From positions 1-64,000 of the forward strand of contig JBEWZL010000301.1 in NCBI GenBank assembly GCA_045837725.1: 64,000 nt of DNA. The letters are read 5' to 3'. The notes beneath the pieces were generated by a model, which saw nothing but the letters and a program-made list of their open reading frames with translations, did no database searches and was not told the DNA's origin. The position numbers and the translations under genes are program-made. Source of the DNA: Vermamoeba vermiformis (Eukaryota). Numbering within the stretch: position 1 is the stretch's first letter; each line of letters starts with the position of its first letter. Shown here one piece after another: positions 1 through 11,800 of the stretch.

Positions 1-120
1 TTAACCCTAACCCTAACCCTAACCCTAACCCTAACCCTAACCCTAACCCTAACCCTAACCCTAACCCTAACCCTAACCCTAACCCTAACCCTAACCCTAA
101 CCCTAACCCTAACCCTAACC

Positions 121-161
<41 letters not shown>

Positions 162-238
162 CCCTAACCCTAACCCTAACCCTAACCCTAACCCTAACCC
201 TAACCCTAACCCTAACCCTAACCCTAACCCTAACCCTA
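1..238. repeat. Telomeric repeat (CCCTAA)n, i.e. TTAGGG on the minus strand
   Basis: Continuous CCCTAA tandem array from the window start, with one CCCTAAA variant near 137-143. It ends at ...ccctag. Confidence 0.99.
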
Positions 239-1330
239 GCTCATTTATTTTACGTCATACAATCAGGGACTCTTCACCCCTCAACCTTTAACCTTAACCC
301 CAAAGGTATATTAATTTACTCAATTGAGCATGCACTGTAAAATTTTGAATAAACAATCTGGAGTTTTATATATATTTATTTTACTGTTGTATGGGTTTTG
401 TACAAAAGTTCTAGATTAGGCTTATAACCCTTAAATTGCCTAAGCCTAACTATATATATAATCCACATTTTATAAGCTGCTTACCAGATAGAAATATTTT
501 TTTGCCAAGGTTGGAGGTCTGGTGGAGGCTGATCTGGACAATTAATTGTTTAAACACCATCCCAATTTTTTTCTGTTGTTCCTACACAAAAGCACATCTC
601 TAATAGAAAGACTTTTGTGGGTGCAAATTCCCATCTGGCAGTTTGATTGGTAACATATTTAAGTTGTGTGCTATTTTTCTACTGAATAACTTCTTAATAG
701 CAGGGATCATTTCAAGTTCTAACACAAGGATGTAGTGACCATAATAGTGGACAACAAGAGTTTTGCCAGTGCCTTCAAGGTTTGAGGCACATGATTCAAT
801 CAACCAGTGCAATCTATTGCCATTTCAAACCCTTGTTGGGAGTACTTTCCAATTGATCCATGCTTCAACAATGTCAAGCATGTGACAGAATAGTAAGTGC
901 AAGTACAGAACCATTCAATCAATGAATACTATCCTCCAATTCTGTTTCATTTCTTCTATGGCAGTTCTTAAAGTTCTTTTTCATCAGTGGTCAGATCTTG
1001 ACAAACAGATATGGCAAGATCCACAAGTCTCAGCTCAACCGGGGTCTTTTTTCATCCCATTTATTTTTGTATCTAAACAGCAAAACTTCTGTAAAAATAA
1101 ATGGGAATGGAATTTTTAAACAGCATAAAATTGCAATTTTTTCACCTGTAGTCTGAGGACTTGGGAGTGTCAAACACAGATTAACTCAATCTTCCTCACC
1201 TGAGGTCAGGATTTTTCACCAAACAGACACCATGTTTCAGCAATGCCAACACAATGGAGGGTATGGATAAGCATTTTGGGGCTTCAGCAAGGCAACAAAT
1301 TAATGGTGGTCTGAGGAAGTTATCACCACT

Positions 1331-1463
1331 AGCAAAAACGCGTGGCGTGTTTTTACTCCAGAAGCTCAAAGAACTGACAAAAATACTGCAGAACAGTGCA
1401 ATTTTGTAAAAATTTCTTCACAAATTGTTTGTCAAGGAGTAAAACGCGCCACGCGTTTTTGCT
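1331..1463. repeat. ~28-bp inverted repeat pair with a ~76-bp spacer
   Basis: agcaaaaacgcgtggcgtgtttttactcc (1331-1359) matches the reverse complement of 1436-1463 (agcaaaaacgcgtggcgcgttttactcc) with one substitution and one indel. Confidence 0.9.
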
Positions 1464-2269
1464 TGCCCCTCAGAAGCCCTAGGGCACAGGTTCAAACCCC
1501 ACTGTCGCATATGAACCTTTTTTATTTGTTAAAGCACCGATTTTGCTAGTTTTTTTGTACCTGCCCTCCAGATACATTATCATGATTTGGCTGCATACGT
1601 TTAGGATGTTGCTGTTGGATGCTGGAAAAATCGGTGTGCAAGACCACACAAAGTTTGAATAATTAACTCAGGTCACTTCCAAGGAATTTTTTTTGGTGTT
1701 TATTTTTGCTCTCCATTTTGCAGTTTTTTAACTGCATCCACTTTTTTTGCGTTGCATTTGTCCATTTTATCACAGGTTGATGTATATGCCATAACCTCCC
1801 AGAACTATTTTTTGGTAAACTTATTTAATAAACCAACACATTCAAGAACAAGGGGTGCCAACTTATTGTATATTAATTGTAGAAGGTATTTGCAAAGTAC
1901 AAGTTTGCAGCTTTGTAATTGAGAGCAGATCTGGTGAACCCAAAACTGATCTGTAAGTGGAGCCCAAATTTAGGGTCGATTTGATATATAATAGCTATCT
2001 TAATATTAATATAGTAAAATCGAGCCTATAATAGTGCATAATATGAATGTATAATAATTTTAAATTTCAAATCTGGGTAATTTTTTTTTTAATTATAAAT
2101 GGGCTTGTTTAAGCATGCCATATGCATATATATGCATAATATAATATATTCGTACATATACTGCTTTAATGAGAGCCAGGTGAATGACAGTAAGCTAACT
2201 TATTGGTACATCCAGGTCAAAATTGTTACATCAATACAGTAGCTTAATCATAGCTTGCAACCTATCAAA

Positions 2270-3965
2270 TCATCATTTGTAAGTATAAATCGATATTTTG
2301 GGCCTATAATCGAGCAGTTGACACTTTCTAATTCATAGTTAAAAGCAGATCCAGCACCTGCAAAGCAACTTTTCACCACTGCTTTCCAGCAAGCAACAAC
2401 ACATCAAACTATCAATAGTGAGTATAATTCGATATTTTAAAGTCATAATCGACCTCTTGATACTTACTGAGTGAAACTTGGATCAGATCCAGCCACTGTC
2501 AAATCAACTTTTCACCACTGCTTGCCAGCAACCAGCGACATAGTGGCCTATCATTAGTAAGTATAATTCGATATTTATAAGCTATAATCGACCACATAAT
2601 GCTTATTGACTGATAATTGTTGGTAGATCCAGTCAGTGTCAAACCAACTTTTCACCACTGCTTACCTGTGACCTACGACACATCAGACTATCAATAGTAA
2701 GTGTAAATCGATATTTATAGGCTATAATTGAGCTCTTGATACTTACTGAGTGAAACTTGGATCAGATCCAGTCACTGTCAAACCAAACTTTCACTACTGC
2801 TTGCCAGCAACCAGCGACATAGTGGCCTATCATTAGTAAGTATAATTCGATATTTTAGGCCTATAATCGACCTCCCATACTTACTGAGTGAAACTTGGAT
2901 CAGATCCAGCCACTGTCAAACCAACTTTTCACCACTGCTTGCCAGCAACCTGTGACATAGTGGCCTATCATTAGTAAGTATAATTCGATATTTTAGGCCT
3001 ATAATCGACCTCTTGATACTTACTGAGTGAAATTTGGATCAGATCCAGTCACTGTCAAACCAAACTTTCACCACTGCTTGCCAGCAACCTGCGACATAGT
3101 GGCCTATCAATAGTAAGTATAATTCGATATTTTAGGCCTATAATTGACCTCCCAATGCTTACCAACTGAAACTTGGATCAGATCCAGTCAGTGTCAAATC
3201 AACTTTTCACCACTGCTTGCCAGCAACCTGTGACATAGTGGCCTATCATTAGTAAGTGTAAATCGATATTTATAAGCTATAATCGACCACATAATGCTTA
3301 TTGACTGAAACTTGGATCAGATCCAGTCACTGTCCAATCAACTTTTCACCACTGCTTGCCAGCAACCAGCGACATAGTGGTCTATCATTAGTAAGTATAA
3401 TTCGATATTTTAGGCCTATAATCGACCTCCCAATACTTACCAACTGAAACTTGGATCAGATCCAGTCAGTGTCAAACCAACTTTTCACCACTGCTTACCT
3501 GTGACCTACGACACATCAGACTATCAATAGTAAGTGTAAATCAATATTTATAGGCTATAATTGAGCTCTTGATACTTACTGAGTGAAACTTGGATCAGAT
3601 CCAGTCACTGTCAAACCAAACTTTCACTACTGCTTGCCAGCAACCAGCGACATAGTGGTCTATCATTAGTAAGTATAATTCGATATTTTAGGCCTATAAT
3701 CGACCTCCCAATACTTACCAACTGAAACTTGGATCAGATCCAGTCACTGTCAAATCAACTTTTCACTACTGCTTGCCAGCAACCAGCGACATAGTGGCCT
3801 ATCATTAGTAAGTATAATTCGATATTTTAGGCCTATAATCGACCTCCCAATACTTACTGAGTGAAATTTGGATCAGATCCAGTCACTGTCAAACCAAACT
3901 TTCACCACTGCTTGCTGGCAACCTGCAACCCAGTGAATTATCATTAGTGAGCATAAATCAATATA
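2270..3965. repeat. Subtelomeric tandem satellite, ~12 units of ~139 bp
   Basis: agatcc anchors recur at about 2347, 2485, 2625, 2764, 2902, 3041, 3180, 3319, 3458, 3597, 3736 and 3875. More degenerate copies lie upstream. Confidence 0.97.
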
Positions 3966-4046
3966 GTATGAACCATTAAACTCATAGTAGTTGATAGTTA
4001 ACCTGTCTATGTTGTATGTTCTAACAAATTTCATGTACCAGCAAAA

Positions 4047-6137
4047 ATGAGTAGAAAACGCAAGTTACCAGCACATCTTGATGATTACATCACAAATAAG
4101 CGGCAAAAGACTACCAATGAGAGTTTCTCTGTTAGCAAAAAGCGTCCAGCTGAGTTGAGCACTAATTCTCGCAAGAAACCAAAGCTTCATAGACAAACAG
4201 AAGATGCGTCTACCAGCAAAAACCAAAAGAAAAAGAAAAAGGAACTGACAGAGGAAGAAAAACTAGCATTGAAGTTGGAAGATGCTGCAAAGTTGTGTAC
4301 AGCCAACAAATGGACTCAAGCTGGAGCATCTTTCACTCCAGCACAAGTTGAAGTTGTATCAAACTGTGGTCCAAGGAACATTAGCCCCTGAAAAGAGGAC
4401 TTCAAACAGATAGATGCATTTTTGCTACTAGGAGATGATTTAATTAATAACTTGGTTGCAAACATGAATGCCAATCGAACTCCAAATGGAATTATCAAAT
4501 ACAAAGCTACTGATCACAACGAAGTCTTGTGATTTTGGATAGCTTTGATAGCATTGGCATTTGTCAAATTTTGATCTCTCGATGATGCATGGGCAGTCAG
4601 GAATTCATTATTTGGCTCCACTACAGTTCAAAATTTGATCACAAAAAACAGATTTCACAAATTACTTACTATGCTTCAAATTGATATAATGGAGTGGTCT
4701 ACCATTATAAACACTAATAGTGCAAAGTACTGGAAGGAACATCAAACCCAAGCTATTGATGATGCTCACCCATGTTGGAGTGGACGATCTTATTTGGTGA
4801 CACACAAGCCTCGAAAGAAAAAACCTGACGGGATTGATCTTTACCTTCGCTGTGATTCAAAAAAGTATTGCTGCCGTTGCATTCCACGGTATGGAGAACT
4901 TGCACCACGAACCAATGAATACTCTTCCTATTGCAAAGAATGGGAGAAATACAATGCACACTGCCAGCTTAACGCTTTACACCAGCTATTGATGGAGCTC
5001 CCAAAAGAGTACAACATTAAATTAATTCGCTTCAAGATTCACTATACTTGGGTTAAAGCAAAATACAGAAAGTAAGCCCCTAAATACATTTAACTTTAAT
5101 TAACTTCCTCAAACAGGTTACTTGCTCCTTTATATTACTGTGATGAACAAAATTGGGAGGCTAGATTTCAACAAGTGAAGCAAACAGTTATTGACAAGTG
5201 CCAAGAGTTGTCTGGATTGCAAATTTCACAGAAGATTGAAAAGCCAGCAAAGTTTACTGGCAAATCGCGCTCCAAGTCATTGATTCCTCAAATAGTGGAG
5301 CAGTTAACTTCAAATCTAGAATACAAAAGTGGACTCTACCATTTTTATATGGATCGAGAGTTTTCATCTGCAGAGATTCAGAAGTATTTGTTTTCAAAAG
5401 GTAATCACTCATGCACACATGTAGATTCTAACATTATACAGACTTTGGCTTAACTTTATCAGCTGGGTCTGATAGACCTTCATACATTTTTCAGCACTAC
5501 TTGCTGCGTGACCTATCTGAGGGCACATGGAAGTCAATCTCTAATGGCAAATACTTGGCTCTAGCGTACAATGATTATGATAAGGTTTGCTTTTTAATAA
5601 ATTGTCACTCTTCAAAAAACACCTCCAAAGACAATCCAAAACCTTTAGTAATTCCTGACTGGAACAAGCATTGCCATTATGTTGATACCTTTGATCAATT
5701 TGTTGAAGAGTTTGATTACCCATACAAGATTCTGACAGTTAAATGTAAGTCAAAGAGTAGAAGTCAATTTACACTTACTCATTTATCTTTAAGAATGCTT
5801 CTTTCATTTTCTATGGTGGATTGTTGAAATCAATAGCTCCATTATCTTTAAATACTTTTCCTCTAAGAAATCTATGCAAAAAGACTTCTTGATGTCATTG
5901 GTTAGCAGTGTAGCAGTTGAACACAGCCAAAGATACATAAATAGAGATGGAAAGCTGTTGTCAACATGCCATTACCCTAATCACATGGTATCAAGAAGAC
6001 CTTCCTACCATTCTTGTGCAGTGTGTGGTTACAAGACAAAATTTCAATGCCTTCAATGTGACAAATTTGTTCACTTCTACTCACATACTGATAAAAAACC
6101 TTGTTGGAAACAGTGCTTCCATTTGAAATTAAAATAA
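4047..6137 (+). mobile_element. piggyBac-like DDD transposase, decayed by in-frame stops and apparently intron-containing
   Basis: piggyBac-type motifs appear in order: TKNRFHKLL, AIDDAHPCWSGR..KP..DGIDLYLRCDS, FYMDREFSS, IPDWNKHCHYVDTFDQ, then a C-terminal Cys-rich domain CAVC..CLQC..H..CWKQCFH. In-frame TGA stops at 4389, 4530 and 4572. Confidence 0.85.
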
Positions 6138-6999
6138 ATGACATTTCTATAGTCTGACTCAGTGTTTAAACACTGTTGGTCCCTAGGAGATTCTCTGGTT
6201 ATCCAAGAAAAAGTATGTTGCACACTGGTGAATGTCACTAGCTCATTCATTAGCAGTGGTGAGGCAGAGTTTAGAGTACTTTCTAGACCAACAGTCCTCA
6301 CTCTGTGCATGTAAACCATTCCTTGTAAAAAGGCCCTAGGTCCAGCAACCATTCTGCCATCACTAGCTTGGTAGAGTGAAAGAGATCAGCAGGGTCATTT
6401 CATGCAACCCTATTAGTATCTCAAGTTGTTTATACTGGTATCCTTTGCTTATTATTAACTTCATACACAACTTACTAACTTGTATTCCAGCTGTAAAACA
6501 TCTGTACTGTAAAAATAAAAAGTGTATAACTTCTAAATTTTTCTGGATTTTGTCAAAGGGCATGGGGCATGTCCAATTTTTTCCAGGTATATGTGAACTC
6601 ATGCATGCCAATCCAATGCAGCAAGTTTGAGTTCAATAGCTTGCCTAGTAACAAAGTTATAGCAGCAGTTGTAAAGCATTTATTAGAGCAGCAGGATAAG
6701 GCATATTTGGCCATTCTGTGTGAGCTGAGACTCATGGATCTTGCCATATATCAAAACAACTACTGTCCTGCATTCCACAGCTTGATATGAAGAGCAGTAT
6801 CTGTGTTCTTGTATAGGGTATTGATGGGGTAATCATTTTTATAGTTGATGGTTCCGTAGAACTCATTTGGTCAACAAGCCAATGCTTATCATGTGCTCAG
6901 TAAGTCACATCACAATTGACTATTGTATTTAACTTAATATTTACATTTATTTGACTGTCAAACTGGTGGATCTTAGAACAAGCAAAAAATACTCATCAA

Positions 7000-8724
7000 T
7001 TACTGCAACTTTGTTATCTTAGCTTTGATGGAACCCTGGCAAAATGGCATGCCAATAGCCCTTTCAAGAGGTTAGAGACTCCCAATTAAAGATAGCGTTT
7101 TTACCTCGAAAAGTCTGGAGGTGTGAGCGATGACAAAAGATCGACCTTGTAGTTTGACAGCAGATCTAACCAGCCAGTTTTGAGGACCACGTTAGCAAAC
7201 TTCTCGCCCAAACATCGGTGTGGTCCAAACCCGAATTGCATATAGGTCTTATCTTCAAAGTGCTTAATTGAAGCACCTCCGCGGAAGCGCTCGGGATCGT
7301 ATATTTCAGGGTCCTTGTACACGCTTGGATCGTGGTGAGTCAGGTAAGGACTGATCGCTACAATCTCCCCCTCGGGGACAATGACTCCTCCAAACTCTTG
7401 AGGCACCAAGGTACGACGTGTCAAGAACAGCAATGCATAGCTACGAACAGTCTCTTTCATTACGCAGTCCAAGAAAGAAAGCTTCGAGAGTGTATTCAAG
7501 TTAAATCCCTCTGATTGAAAATGTTAACAACGAGTTAGAACGAGCGATGTAAACGCACCTTTCAAGGCATCCTCGCACTCTTGCCGGGCCTTATCTTGAA
7601 ATCCCTTGTCATTAGCGATGTGGGCAACAGACCATGCAAATGTGCCCGCAGTGTTGGTGTGCGCAGCGAACATAAGTGAGACGAATAGCGATGAAAACCA
7701 CCTCGCGTAATTCTCCTCAGAAAATCCTTCTTCTTGCGCCATGTTGATGCACAGTTGCAAATAATCCATATTATCACGGTACTTTTCTTTGTTTGCCAGT
7801 CGCCTATTTGTCTGCAGACTCCGTTAGCTCAGGAGCAGCATGGTTACGACATGCACTCGACTTACTTCTTCTGTGATTATATCTAGTAGTCTCTGCCTGG
7901 AACTTTTTACTAATTTGTTCGCAGCTGTTGGTAACCACGGTGCCAATAGTGAGAGAGGCTTGAAGGCGTTCGTCTCAATGCTGTAGTATGAACTGGCAAA
8001 CTCTTCACCATATTTTTTGTACGTGTCTTCGCCAAGGAAACATAGTGTGTTGCATAGTACTACAATACGCGATATCTACTAGATAATGTTATAACGGAAT
8101 AACAACGGACGACGGTAAGAAAAGTTACCTCAGGAAACAGATCGAAGGACTCCTTCTCTGCCAATCGTTTAATCTGCTTGCTTGTTTCTTGACGTACGGT
8201 ATCTACATAATATTGTAAACGATCGTTGCGGACAAACCCTTCAGTGATGTACTTGTGCGTATCGGGACGTGTTTCCGAAACTACAAATGCTTCAGGACCG
8301 ATTACTGCTTGCGTAAACCGCTTTGTTGCTTTGAAATTATTCAGTATGTATTATAGCAGGAATTAATTCGCGTTACTTACACTTAATCGTCATTTCTGTT
8401 TCCGAAGCTTTAAAGAACTTGTTCACATCTTCTTTGTTGAACGATATGGTCATCCGCAGCATATACAAATCGATGGTAAATACATTTCCGTATTTTTTAT
8501 GAGCGTCTGAGAGCAGCTTGGCGGGATTCTCTTGAATAATATTATTAATTAAAATCATAAATTCCAATTAAATTGATTAATTTTGTGCTAGTCTACTTAC
8601 TGGAAAATTGTCGAGCAAATGAAGGTCCTGCTAAATAAGGAATGCCTGGAACCGGATTAGTTTTTCGTCGGATGGCGAAAAAGAAAACAACTAGTGCTGC
8701 CAAGAAGAACGAAACTACAAGCAT
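7000..8724 (-). CDS. Cytochrome P450 (CYP51/CYP7-clan-like), multi-exon
   Basis: N-terminal membrane anchor, ETVR (ExxR), PERF and heme motif FGFGPHRCLG. GT-AG introns join the ORF pieces. Confidence 0.93.
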
Positions 8725-8885
8725 TTTGGAATATCGTTGCGTTGGTAAAATCAGTTGTTTCTTTCTTGAGTCATTGGTTACAATTTAACGGTGAAACGTA
8801 AATGTCAAATAAGCACGCGCGTTGCTAATAAATTAAAAAGTTTATACAATATTTACAAATTAACTATGCTACTGCATTGTATTTT

Positions 8886-11800
8886 TTAAGATTCTCCAGC
8901 AGATTCGCTAATTTGCAAAGCGGATGAGCTTGACTTGTCATTGTTCGAAGTAGGTTGTTGTTCTTCGTCAGAGGACGCGCTCTCAGACTCGCTGTCCTCG
9001 GAGCTATCGCTGTCCTTGTTGCTGTTGCTGTTGGTTTGGACGACAACAGCACCGCTACGAGGAGAACTGCTTTGAGAGGGTGACTTATCGACCATGCGTT
9101 CTTGGTTGTCCTCCTCTACTTCGTCCTTCTTCAAGTTCTCGTCGAAGTCGTCGCGAGTAGCCTTGCCACAGCAGATCATGCAGCACTCCTTGAAGCCAGG
9201 GATGCGGTTCATCAACAACCAGCAGTAGATGTACGACCACAAGCAGAACATCAAGCCAATAGCTTGCAAAATGACCACAATTAACTCGCCGGCTTCGGAA
9301 GGTTCGTTAAAGTGTAACAACGAGATACCCAAGCAGATGATATTGATGATGGTAAGCACGAGATCCAAAACGAAGTGAGTCTTGTCCAAGTAAGGTTGCT
9401 TGACGCAAAGAATGATCAAGTATGCCAAGTAGACGGCAAGAGCGATGAATACTTGAGGCCATACGTATACCTTGATGTCGCTGACTTGAGCGCACAAGAA
9501 GCCAATGACAGCAGCGACGAGGAAGCGCTTGCCCAAATCAAAGAGGATGAACTTGGCCTTTTGGTAGTGGTAGGACACGAAGAGAGGACCAAAGCGTGCT
9601 TTCATCTGCAGCAAGAACAAGTCTTTACCGGGGCGATTGACGATAATGCCGGCAAGAATAGCGAAGCCAACACCAACCACAGCGAGAGTGATGACTGAAC
9701 CGATGATGGAAAGATTGAAGAACTTGACCGTGTGATAAGAAGCGGTCAAGACGATGGGCAAATAAGCGGCCAAGACAATTCGCACGAAGATGTAGAAGGG
9801 GCGTTGAGTAAGAATGATCTTCAAAGTGGCGTCTGAGAAAAAGTTAGTTTAAAGTTCTGTGGCAGTTCCGTGCTTACTCTTTTCGGACTTACTCTTGACG
9901 GTGGAGCGAGCAATCATCAAAATTGCGGTAACGACGAGTCCACCAGCACAAGCAACACCAAACCAAAACATCGTAGAGTAGAAAATGTATTCGTTTGGCA
10001 ACATAATGCTGTTGGAGTATTGGTCGACGTAGTTCAAGTTGCGGCCAGGACGGAACTGCAAAGGCGAGTACAAAGGATCGTGATCGCGATAGTAGAGGCT
10101 ATCAGTGTCAACCCAAGGTAAAGGCAAGCCAAACAACGACCAGTTGAAGTACTTGGTGAACAAGATGAAGCGAGTAGGATAGGCAACGTTGATAAGTGAG
10201 TACATGGCGATGAACTGCAGTTGATCGAACAGCTTCCAAGCACGTTGCGAGCGCTCGTCTCTCCACCAGCTGCGCTTGATGAAGGGCAAAACTTCGTCTT
10301 GAGGAATGACATTGTTTTCACTTCCCAAATAAGCGGCGGTTCTCTTGTCCCATTGGAACAAAGAGACGACGTTGATCAAGTACATGATGGCAAAGATAAC
10401 GACGAAGATAAGAGCGATGACGATAATACCAGGCTCGCGAGCTTGATAGACGTAATATTCGGAGCAAGTTCCGTTGACGGGACCCAACTCGTTACCAGTG
10501 ATGCAAGAGTTAGTGTCGAAGCACCAGCCGCAGTCATATCTTCTACCTAAGCACTCTTCCATCGAGTCGATCTTTGAGCAAACAACGGTGAAAGGAGTAC
10601 CACAGTCGTCGTTGAGCCAGTCCTTATCGCAGGTGCAAGTGAAGTTGCCAGAAGCGCCGCTGCAAGTACCGTGACCGCTGCAATCGTTAGGGCAACGTTG
10701 AATGCTGCAATCAGCACCGGACCACGAAGCAGAGCACGAGCAGATACCGTTGGTGCAAGTACCTTTGCCTGCAGGTTCACCGCAGTCGGAGTCACAAGCA
10801 ACTAAAAGAGGATGTCAGAATCCATAAATTTGGATCAATATTCCACGAGCCACTTACTAGCACTGCAATCAGCACCAATCCAACCGGTTTCACAAGTACA
10901 TTTGCTGTAAGAGCAAACACCTTTGTTGCTGCAGTGGTTCGGACAGTTGTCAGGGTATGCAAAAGTCAAGAGCTCGGATTGAGTGACGAAGTTGGCATAC
11001 ATCTTGGATTTGTCAATGGTGATTGCGACAGGAGCAGGGTCCAAAGCGGTGTCAGACAAGGACAAAATTTCGGCGACTTGCCAGTTGGCAACGTCGACAC
11101 GGGCAATAGAGCCAAAGCTGCCGAAGTTGCTCAAAACACCAACGAAGGCCTATTATCACCATGTTAGCTTCGCAATTATTACCTACTTTTGTTCGTACCA
11201 AACCAAGATCGAAGTCGTCCTGAACGGAAACGCAAAGAGAAGATTCCGCCAAAGCAAGGAAATCAGAAGCTTGAATAGTAATGGAAGAAACCTAACACAG
11301 GGTTAATTAACCTCATTCGCTGTGAAAGCCATTGGAGTTTTTAAAACTTACGGTATTCAATTGAACGGAGGTCAAGTTCACGCGAGCAAGAGTTGCGGTT
11401 CCAGAAACGGTACCACAAACGTACAAAATATTACGAGTGGTGTCAATGGCAGCGGCGTCAATACCAGACAAGTTGGTAATGTTGAGAGAGTTCACTACAG
11501 TTCGTGCATTGAGATCCACGACTTCAAATTTACCGTCGGTACCCACCTATCAACAAAAAAAATTAGTATTGTTTAGAACCCAATATTTCAAACACTGTCT
11601 ATCCGATGAAACATAGAAAATTCAAACGTAGATACGCAGATTTAATTAAATTTGTAATACTTGCCAAATACGCAATCTTTGTGTTTTCGTTGTAGAGGTA
11701 GGTCTTGAAGCTATCGACTTGGTTCAATTGAATTTTTTGGGGAGTGTTCGTCAAGTTGGAAAATTGAGACACCAAAACTACGTCGCTTAAAACAAAAACG

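Noticed and set aside
231-303. piggyBac left terminus (TTAA-CCC / CCCTAG) at the telomere junction
   Set aside because: It cannot be told apart from degenerate telomeric repeats, and I found no matching GGG-TTAA right end after the transposase.
1470-1510. Intact tRNA gene
   Set aside because: Only a T-loop/B-box-like motif is present. No acceptor stem, D-arm or anticodon arm could be built.
2270-3965. Satellite as a CRISPR array
   Set aside because: Whole units are repeated with no unique spacers, there are no cas genes, and the context is eukaryotic.
2270-3965. Satellite as a repeated exon-intron coding gene (gtaagt donors on both strands)
   Set aside because: The best minus-strand model gives 80-nt exons and 59-nt introns. 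The exon length is not a multiple of three, and the exon I translated has stops in all three frames.
4389-4574. TGA read-through or an alternative genetic code
   Set aside because: In-frame TGAs are confined to the CpG-depleted element, and intact genes translate cleanly with the standard code. CGA-to-TGA decay explains them better.
6077-6900. Short ORFs on both strands downstream of the transposase
   Set aside because: They contain multiple stops and no recognisable motif. They may be decayed sequence but cannot be assigned.
9102-11576. Plus-strand ORFs overlapping the membrane-protein gene (similar ones overlap the ABCC gene)
   Set aside because: These are antisense shadows of strongly codon-biased minus-strand exons.
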